Source: Candidatus Latescibacterota bacterium
Lineage (GTDB): Bacteria > Latescibacterota > UBA2968 > UBA8231
Length of the DNA stretch: 64,000 bases
Assembly: GCA_965242865.1 (NCBI GenBank)
Contig: CBDETK010000013.1
Span: 608,001 to 672,000, forward strand
Direction: 5' to 3'
Under the pieces are notes generated by a model. It had not been told where the DNA came from and did no database searches. It saw nothing but the letters and a program-made list of their open reading frames with translations. A program made the translations under genes and the position numbers. Of the stretch, positions 56,770 through 64,000 are shown one piece after another (position 1 is the first letter of the stretch; the number at the start of each line of letters is the position of its first letter).

Positions 56770-58932
56770 ATGACCATTGAGATCGTTCAAGGAACGAACA
56801 GCAAGCCTGGGGCTAGCGATGAGTTAGTAGAAATCATGTCGAGTCAGACTGCCTTGTCCGGCCAGTTATTCATCGGCTATCCAATCATCAGTACGCCCAC
56901 AGGGCCATATTCTCCCGATGCTATCTTGGTGTCCGCAGACAAGGGAATCGTTCTATTCGATCTCGTTGAGGGAACCGAGATAGGCGATTACAGCCTGCGA
57001 CAGGACGACGCGGCTAATAAGCTCGATGCCCGGCTCAAGACACATCGCGATCTTATGCAGCGTCGGGTTCTCCGCATTGTGATTCATGCGATTTCGTTTG
57101 CTCCGGCTGTCCCTAACCTAAGCTCGTATGATCAAAGTGATTATCCGCTCGTGAACGGTTCTTCCCTGATGGACCAACTACAAAAGATCACGTGGGAAGA
57201 TCGAGATGAGAGAATATATAAAAGAACGCTAGCGGCGATTGAGAGCATTACCACGATCCGCACGAGCAGAACGAAGCGAATAGTAAAAAAAGAAAACTCC
57301 AAAGGCAATAAGTTGAAAAGACTGGAAGAGTCGATTGCCACGCTGGATCATAGACAGAGCAAAGCCTTTATCGAAACCGTCGAAGGGGTACAACGAATTC
57401 GTGGTCTAGCGGGCTCGGGCAAGACCATTGTCTTGGCACTGAAGGCAGCCTATCTATATGCCAAACATCCCGAGTGGCGCATCGGGGTCACGTTCAATAC
57501 CCGTTCTCTCAAGGCGTATTTCCGGCGCCTGATCAACAACTTCGTCATTGAACAGACGGGGGAGGAGCCAGACTGGAATCATCTGCGGATTATCCATGCT
57601 TGGGGGTCTCCACGGGGTGGCGACGATGACGGAATTTATTACGAGTTTTGCCATGAAAACAATATTGAATACTTCGATTTTGGAATGGCGAGAAATGTGT
57701 TCGGCCTAGGAAAAGAATTTGCCAAAGTATGCAAACACGCTCTGGGTCAGACTTACAAGAGCAAGCAAATCTACGATGCCCTACTCATAGATGAAGCGCA
57801 GGATTTTTCGCCAGAATTTCTGAAACTTTGTTATTCATTGCTTCGCGATCCCAAGAGGCTGGTTTACGCCTATGATGAGCTACAGACCCTCTTCGGCGGT
57901 TCGCTACCTTCACCAGTAGAGATTTTTGGCAACAGAGCGGATGGATCTCCTAGAGTACGATTTGACAAGAGAAATAAAGCTAGGGAACAACACGACATCA
58001 TCTTGGAAAAATGCTATCGCAATTCGCGTCCCGTTTTGGTCACAGCGCATGCACTTGGATTTGGCATATACAGAAAACCACCTCACTCCGGCGAGACGGG
58101 CCTTATCCAAATGTTTGAGTACGCGCAGCTATGGAAGGAAATCGGTTATCAGCTACAGGGCGGAGAGTTACAGGAAGGCTCGCCGGTGGTTCTCACTAGA
58201 TCGGAGGAAACGAGCCCTAAGTTCCTTGAAGATCATTCGTCCATAGACGATTTGATACAATTTCGGTCCTTTGACAGCGCAGCGGAACAAGCCGATTGGC
58301 TAACAAACTCGATTAAGGCGAATTTAGAGAAAGATGAACTGCGATATAATGATATTATCGTCATCAACCCCGATCCTCTCAAGACGAGAGAGGCTGTCGG
58401 GCCAATACGCGCTCGCTTGCTGGATATGGGTATCAACTCTCATATCGCTGGAGTCGATACTGAGCCTGATATTTTCTTTAATCAAGATAGGGATTCCATT
58501 ACTTTCACCGGAATATATCGGGCTAAAGGCAATGAGGCCGGGATGGTTTATGTTATTAATGCTCAAGACTGTCACAAGACGACTCGGGATCTGGCGAGCG
58601 TTCGCAATCGGCTTTTCACGGCGATCACGAGGAGTAAAGCATGGGTTCGCGTTCTTGGTATCGGGAGTAGTATGGAAGAATTAAAAAAAGAGTACGACAA
58701 ATTAAAAGAGAAAAATTTTGAACTGCAATTTACCTATCCGACAAAGCAGCAACGCGAACAACTCCAAATCATTCACCGGGATATGACAGCGGAAGATCGT
58801 AAACGACTACAGAATAGAGGAGAGAATTTGAATCGCCTAGTTACGGAACTCGAATCCGGCGAGGTTTACCTCGAAGATCTGGATGAGGAGACACTTGATA
58901 GATTGAGAGCAATTTTGCTACAGAGCAAATGA
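56770..58932 (+). CDS. SF1 helicase with N-terminal nuclease-like domain (helicase+DUF2290 defence system)
   Basis: PDAILVS..KGIVLFDL, RGLAGSGKT, IDEAQD, YRAKGNEA, RNRLFTAITRSK. Confidence 0.85.
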   Translation: MTIEIVQGTNSKPGASDELVEIMSSQTALSGQLFIGYPIISTPTGPYSPDAILVSADKGIVLFDLVEGTEIGDYSLRQDDAANKLDARLKTHRDLMQRRVLRIVIHAISFAPAVPNLSSYDQSDYPLVNGSSLMDQLQKITWEDRDERIYKRTLAAIESITTIRTSRTKRIVKKENSKGNKLKRLEESIATLDHRQSKAFIETVEGVQRIRGLAGSGKTIVLALKAAYLYAKHPEWRIGVTFNTRSLKAYFRRLINNFVIEQTGEEPDWNHLRIIHAWGSPRGGDDDGIYYEFCHENNIEYFDFGMARNVFGLGKEFAKVCKHALGQTYKSKQIYDALLIDEAQDFSPEFLKLCYSLLRDPKRLVYAYDELQTLFGGSLPSPVEIFGNRADGSPRVRFDKRNKAREQHDIILEKCYRNSRPVLVTAHALGFGIYRKPPHSGETGLIQMFEYAQLWKEIGYQLQGGELQEGSPVVLTRSEETSPKFLEDHSSIDDLIQFRSFDSAAEQADWLTNSIKANLEKDELRYNDIIVINPDPLKTREAVGPIRARLLDMGINSHIAGVDTEPDIFFNQDRDSITFTGIYRAKGNEAGMVYVINAQDCHKTTRDLASVRNRLFTAITRSKAWVRVLGIGSSMEELKKEYDKLKEKNFELQFTYPTKQQREQLQIIHRDMTAEDRKRLQNRGENLNRLVTELESGEVYLEDLDEETLDRLRAILLQSK

Positions 58933-59609
58933 CTACCTACATGCCGACTCCCAGCCAAATCGTAAAGCAAATTAACGAACTTACCAAATACTTGGTAGAG
59001 GAAAGTCTCACTGATGCTCAGTACTTTGCGTTTCAAAGGCCAATCAGCGGCGGCCTTTCAGAAGTCACGTTCCAAAATGCTGAATACCTGTCTATCGCCT
59101 TAAAGAACCTTCCGTATAAAGAGATTTATGAGCACCTTGTTCAAGGAGAAGCATATAACGTGAAAATGCTTGACGGAGCACTGATTCAGATGATGTACGC
59201 ATTCGCCGACGGAACGCTTCAACGCCACCGGCTTGCATTTTTCCCCGCGCCTCATCTTGAAGAGTTTCAAAACAATCCAGACATTTATCAAGATGACGAA
59301 ATCTATGCGGACGTGATCGCCAAGAATATCGTTCCGTTTCCGGTGCGTTTTGACTATGATGTTCGGAGCGAGTCCCACCCAGAGTTGGTGCATCCCAAGT
59401 CCCATCTCTCGTTGGGCCAATACGAGCACTGTCGAATTCCAGTGACGGCCCCAATGACTCCCTTCTGGTTTATCGACTTCATTCTCAGAAACTTCTACCA
59501 CGTTGAGTCAAGGCGATATGCCGACGGGCTTCCTGCACAGGATGGTTCGTTTGACGAGTCGATAGTGCCGGCCGAGCGGGGTATTGTTCATATAGTGGTT
59601 CCGGCATGA
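58929..59609 (+). CDS. DUF2290 family protein
   Basis: [50 protein letters not shown]. Confidence 0.8.
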   Translation: MTTYMPTPSQIVKQINELTKYLVEESLTDAQYFAFQRPISGGLSEVTFQNAEYLSIALKNLPYKEIYEHLVQGEAYNVKMLDGALIQMMYAFADGTLQRHRLAFFPAPHLEEFQNNPDIYQDDEIYADVIAKNIVPFPVRFDYDVRSESHPELVHPKSHLSLGQYEHCRIPVTAPMTPFWFIDFILRNFYHVESRRYADGLPAQDGSFDESIVPAERGIVHIVVPA

Positions 59610-61762
59610 GCGGTGTGGGTGTGAAGGAAGCCACCGTCGAAGACGCGGCCCTCGCCTATCTCGAAAGCCTCGGCTGGACGATGGCCTCCGGCGCGGCCGT
59701 GGCCGAGCGCACCGACTACGGTCAGGTCGTCTTGGAGCAACGGCTGCGGGACGCCTTGGCCCGGCTGAATCCCGCGCTACCCGCCAGCGCGCTCGACGAC
59801 GCCCGCCGCAAGCTGACCCGCCCAGAGGGCGCAACCCTCGAAACGCGCAACCGCGCCTTCCACCTGATGCTGGTGAACGGTGTGCCGGTCGAATACCGAG
59901 CGAGCGACGGTTCAATTCGCGGGGCGCGAGCGCGGGTTGTCAGCTTTGACGACGCAGCCGCCAACGACTGGCGCGCGGTCAACCAGTTCACGGTCACTGA
60001 GAACCGATACACCCGTCGTCCCGACATCGCGCTATTCGTCAACGGCCTGCCGCTGGCACTAATCGAACTCAAGAACCCGGCGGACGAAGACGCCACCATC
60101 CGAACCGCTTGGCAACAGCTTCAGACCTACCGGGCCGAGTTGCCCGCTCTATTTGCCATGAACGAGGTCTTGGTGGTGTCGGACGGGGTCGCGGCGAGAG
60201 TCGGGACGCTGACCAGCGGGTGGGAGTGGTTCAAGCCGTGGCGCACGGTGGCCGGCGAAGCACTCGCACCGGCCTCTTTACCCGAGCTGCAAGTGCTGAT
60301 TAAAGGCGTATTTGAGCCGCGGCACTTTCTCGAGCTCGTGCGCGACTTCATCGCGTTTGAAGACAGCGGCGGCGGTGTGCTCGCCAAGAAGATGGCTGGC
60401 TATCACCAGTTCCACGCGGTGCGAGTGGCCGTGGGCGAGACCCTGCGAGCCGTGCAGCAGGCGGACGAGCGCGCCGCTGAGGCACAAGGGCAGTACGAAG
60501 CAGGCCAGCGTCCCGGGGGCGAGCGCGGCGACCGGCGCATTGGCGTCGTCTGGCACACCCAAGGGTCGGGCAAGAGCCTGACCATGGCCTTTTACGCGGG
60601 AGCCGTCATCCGCGAGCCGGCCATGGAGAATCCAACGGTCGTCGTGCTCACCGACCGCAACGACCTCGACGACCAGCTCTTCAGCACGTTTGCGCGCTGC
60701 CAAGCCCTGCTGCGCCAGCCGCCAGTGCAAGCCGACAGCCGAGCCGATCTGCGCCGCAAGCTCGCGGTCGAAGCGGGCGGCGTAGTCTTTACGACCATTC
60801 AGAAGTTCTTGCCCGCAGAAAAGGGCGACGCCCATCCGACGCTTTCCACCCGACGCAACATCGTAGTCATTGCCGACGAAGCGCATCGCAGCCAGTACGA
60901 CTTCATCGACGGGTTCGCCCGCCATCTGCGCGACGCCCTGCCGCAGGCTTCCTTCGTCGGCTTCACCGGCACCCCCATTGAGCAGCAGGACGCCAACACC
61001 CGCGCGGTGTTCGGCGATTACATCAGCATCTACGACATTCAACGCTCGGTTGCAGACGGGGCGACCGTGCCGATTTACTACGAGAGCCGCCTCGCCAAAC
61101 TGACCCTTGACGAAGGGGAGCGGCCACGCATTGACCCGGGCTTTGAAGAGGCCACCGAAGGCGAGGAAATCGAGCGCAAGGAAAAGCTCAAGGCCCGCTG
61201 GGCCCAGCTAGAGGCCATCGTCGGCGCGGACCAGCGCGTGCGGCTGATCGCCCGAGACATCGTAGAGCACTTTGGGCACCGCTTGGCCGTGTTGGAGGGC
61301 AAGGCCATGGTCGTCTGCATGAGCCGCCGCATTTGCATCGCGCTTTACCGCGAACTGGTGCGCCTGCGCCCGGACTGGCACAGCGAGGACGACATGCAGG
61401 GAGCGGTCAAGGTGGTGATGACCGGCGCGGCGTCCGACCCGCTCCAATGGCAGCCGCACATTCGCAACAAGCCCCGGCGGGAAGCCTTGGCCAAGCGGTT
61501 CCGCGACGAGGCCGACCCATTCCGCATCGTACTGGTGCGCGATCTATGGCTGACCGGCTTTGACGCGCCCAGCCTGCATACGATGTACGTGGATAAGCCC
61601 ATGCGCGGGCACGGACTGATGCAGGCCATTGCCCGAGTCAACCGCGTGTTCAAAGACAAGCCGGGCGGCTTGGTGGTGGATTACCCGCCGGACCAGCAAG
61701 AAAACGCCACCCAGACCGTGCTGGCCCAAGCCGAAGTGCTGTCCGAAGGCTGGAGCTTATGA
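59606..61762 (+). pseudogene. hsdR: Type I restriction subunit with in-frame deletion of the C-terminal domain
   Basis: RPD...[21 protein letters not shown] and QAIARVNR present; GLVVDY joins directly to terminal [16 protein letters not shown] (junction ~61682); only 718 aa. Confidence 0.85.
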
Positions 61763-62331
61763 CCGCGATGCGCCAAAGCCCCATCGCCCAGCTCGTGGCC
61801 GACGCGCCGGCGGCGGTGCAGGCCGCCTTGCACCATCCGGTGGATACGGTCAAGGTCGGGGCCAAAGGGCCGCGCTTGGTTGAGTGGGCCGAGCAGCACG
61901 CGCTCGCGCTGCCAGCGCGGATATACGACACGCGGCCGGTGGGTGCGGCCGGGGTTTTGGCGCGGGTGGGCGCGGGCGAGCTGATCTTGGAATGCCAGCC
62001 CCAAGACGAGTGCTGGACGCGGCTGAACGCGGCGTTGGACGCGGCCTCGGCCGGCGTGTATCGAGTGGAGCAGCAGTCGGCGACCTTGGTGGTGCGCGGC
62101 GACGCGGCCGCCCGCATTTTGGCGCAGGCGTGTGCGGTGGATTTGGCCCGGGCGTCGGTCGGCCGGATGGTGTACGCGCAGGTGGCGGAGGCAGCGTGCG
62201 CGATCCTGCCGTGCGGCGAGGATGGGCAGCGCGCGTACCGGCTGTGGGTCGAGTACAGCTTGGCGGCGTACCTGTGGGAAGCGTTGGCGGCTATGGCCGC
62301 GGACCTCACTTGCGCCAAAACCCCGGGCTGA
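61759..62331 (+). CDS. soxG: Sarcosine oxidase gamma subunit / MgdD
   Basis: [30 protein letters not shown]; completes soxBDA; ATG overlaps the hsdR stop. Confidence 0.8.
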   Translation: MTAMRQSPIAQLVADAPAAVQAALHHPVDTVKVGAKGPRLVEWAEQHALALPARIYDTRPVGAAGVLARVGAGELILECQPQDECWTRLNAALDAASAGVYRVEQQSATLVVRGDAAARILAQACAVDLARASVGRMVYAQVAEAACAILPCGEDGQRAYRLWVEYSLAAYLWEALAAMAADLTCAKTPG

Positions 62332-63754
62332 ACAGCACCAAGAGCGTGAAAACCTCCAGCCGCCCGATCAGCATGGCAACGCACAGAATCCACTTGGCGA
62401 CCGAATTGATGTCGCCGTAGTGCTGGGCGACTTGCCCAAGGCCCGGTCCCAAGTTGTTGATGCAGGCAGCCACCGCTGAAAAGGATGTTGTCAGGTCCAA
62501 GCCGGTGGCGAGCACGGCGATGAACATGATCGTGAACGTCAGCACGTACATCGAGAAAAACCCCCACACCGCTTCCATGACCCGATCGGGCACCGACCGC
62601 GGCCCCACCTTGATCGGGAGCACGGCGTTGGGGTGAATCAGGCGCGTGATCTCGCGGCTCCCCTGCTTTAGAATGAGCAACAGGCGCATCATTTTAATAC
62701 CCCCGGCCGTCGAGCCGGCGCAGCCCCCGACAAACGAGCCGAGGAACAACAAAACCGGCAGAACGCCGGGCCAGACCGAATGATCGGCAATGCTAAAGCC
62801 GGTGGTGGTGACGATGGACACCGTGGCGAAGAGGCCGTAGCGCAGGGAGGCACTGGCGTCGTGCTCGTCGTGGGTAAAGAGGATTAGCGCGGCGACTAGG
62901 ACGGTGGTTAGCAAAACGGCCCAGTACGCGCGGCACTCCGGGTCGGTGCGATACGGACGCAGAGACCGCTGGCGAAAGGCGTAAAAGTGCAACGTGAAGT
63001 TGATGCCCGACACCGCGATAAAAAAGACGGCGACTAGCTCGATGGCTTGGCTGTCAAAAAAGCCGATGCTGGCGTCGTGAGTGGAAAAACCGCCGATGGA
63101 CACCGTGGCAAAGCTGTGGGCTATGGCGTCGAACGGGTCCATGCCGGCCAGCCAATAGGCTGCGGCGCAGGCTGCGGTTAAGCTCAAGTAGATGTACCAA
63201 AGGGCCTTGGCGGTCTGGGCGATGCGCGGCGTCAGCTTTGAATCCTTCATCGGGCCGGTGATCTCGGCGCGAAAAAGCTGCATGCCGCCGACGCCGAGCA
63301 TGGGCAACACGGCAATGGCGAGGACGATGATGCCCATGCCGCCCAACCACTGGAGCTGCTGGCGGTATAACAAGATGGAGCGCGGCAGGTCGTCTAGCCC
63401 TTCGACGACCGTGGCCCCGGTCGTGGTCAAGCCCGACAGGGACTCAAATACGGCGTCGGTAAAGCCCAGGTTGGGCTGCTCGGACAACATCAGGGGAAAG
63501 GCGCCGTACAAGCCCAAGACCGCCCAGAACAAGACCGTTACCAAAAAGCCATCCCGAATCCGCAACTCAGCGCGCTGCCGGCGCACGGGCAACCAGCAGG
63601 CCAAGCCGGTGACCAGCGTAATGGCAAAGGCCGACACAAAGGCCGGGGCCGCGCCGTCGCGGTAGAGGAGCGACACGCCGGCGGGGACCAACATGGTGAC
63701 GCTAAACAGCGTCAGCAGGACGCCCAGCACCCGAAATGCAACGGCCGTGCGCAT
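62306..63754 (-). CDS. trkH: Trk potassium uptake membrane protein
   Basis: [40 protein letters not shown]. Confidence 0.95.
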   Translation of the reverse strand: MRTAVAFRVLGVLLTLFSVTMLVPAGVSLLYRDGAAPAFVSAFAITLVTGLACWLPVRRQRAELRIRDGFLVTVLFWAVLGLYGAFPLMLSEQPNLGFTDAVFESLSGLTTTGATVVEGLDDLPRSILLYRQQLQWLGGMGIIVLAIAVLPMLGVGGMQLFRAEITGPMKDSKLTPRIAQTAKALWYIYLSLTAACAAAYWLAGMDPFDAIAHSFATVSIGGFSTHDASIGFFDSQAIELVAVFFIAVSGINFTLHFYAFRQRSLRPYRTDPECRAYWAVLLTTVLVAALILFTHDEHDASASLRYGLFATVSIVTTTGFSIADHSVWPGVLPVLLFLGSFVGGCAGSTAGGIKMMRLLLILKQGSREITRLIHPNAVLPIKVGPRSVPDRVMEAVWGFFSMYVLTFTIMFIAVLATGLDLTTSFSAVAACINNLGPGLGQVAQHYGDINSVAKWILCVAMLIGRLEVFTLLVLFSPGFWRK

Positions 63755-63761
63755 GGCCTAG

Positions 63762-64000
63762 CTACCCCCCGAAAATTTGGCGCACGGCCTCGTGGACGTA
63801 GTGCCGGGCAAAGACTACGGCTTTGTCGCCCGGGCGGATGCGCGTATCGCCCCGGGGGATGACCACGCGATCGCCGTGGACGACCGCGCCGATAATCGAA
63901 TCGGGGGGCAGGCGAATGGAGATCAGGGGCTTTTGGGTAATTTTGCTGCCGTCGCGGGCGATGTACTCGACCGCTTCCACGTCGAGGCCGGGCAAGCTGG
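63762..64000 (-). CDS. trkA: TrkA C-terminal (RCK_C) domain, partial
   Basis: LP...IIGAVVHG..VVIPRGDT.I.PGDK.VVF directly upstream of trkH. Confidence 0.8.
   Translation of the reverse strand, partial: SLPGLDVEAVEYIARDGSKITQKPLISIRLPPDSIIGAVVHGDRVVIPRGDTRIRPGDKAVVFARHYVHEAVRQIFGG

Larger units (their letters stand above)
43216..61758. other. ~18.5 kb defence island inserted between soxA and soxG
   Basis: Splits the canonical soxBDAG order; contains RM, TA and defence-like or hypothetical genes, several of low GC; no integrase seen. Confidence 0.85.

Noticed and set aside
62306-62331. Convergent soxG/trkH overlap as a regulatory feature
   Set aside because: Short 3' overlaps of convergent genes are common and there is no further evidence.
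1-64000. CRISPR array, tRNA, rRNA, transposase or integrase
   Set aside because: No regularly spaced repeats, cloverleaf-like segments or DDE/tyrosine/serine recombinase motifs were recognised by eye.

Overview
GC-rich bacterial chromosome segment. The C-terminal 'SWGAVK' motif at ~11900 and the dense RM/TA cargo suggest a Latescibacterota/Poribacteria-like lineage, which is inference only. The backbone encodes tandem ABC exporters plus DUF1854, a Yip1/MFP/MacB-type ABC system, glcF, murB, two GT-C-type membrane glycosyltransferases, a PTS-IIA protein, a tandem UvrD-like helicase pair, a complete N-methylglutamate (methylamine) pathway (glxBCD, gmaS, soxBDAG/mgdABCD) and trkAH. Lower-GC defence cassettes repeatedly interrupt the backbone at gene junctions, with no transposase or integrase in the window. 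The largest is an ~18.5 kb island between soxA and soxG carrying a type IIG RM gene and a type I RM locus packed with cargo (Schlafen/AlbA_2 protein, DUF1828, HEPN-MNT, MNT-HsdS fusion, a second HEPN-like protein, a DUF4365 pair, helicase+DUF2290). Patterns seen directly in the DNA: (1) many nucleases and toxins are disabled by internal deletions that keep both gene ends, while most MTases and antitoxins stay intact; (2) two cassettes are bracketed by direct repeats; (3) CCWGG is strongly depleted and its C-to-T products are abundant. No rRNA, tRNA or CRISPR array was seen. All family names come from motif recognition by eye, not from database searches.
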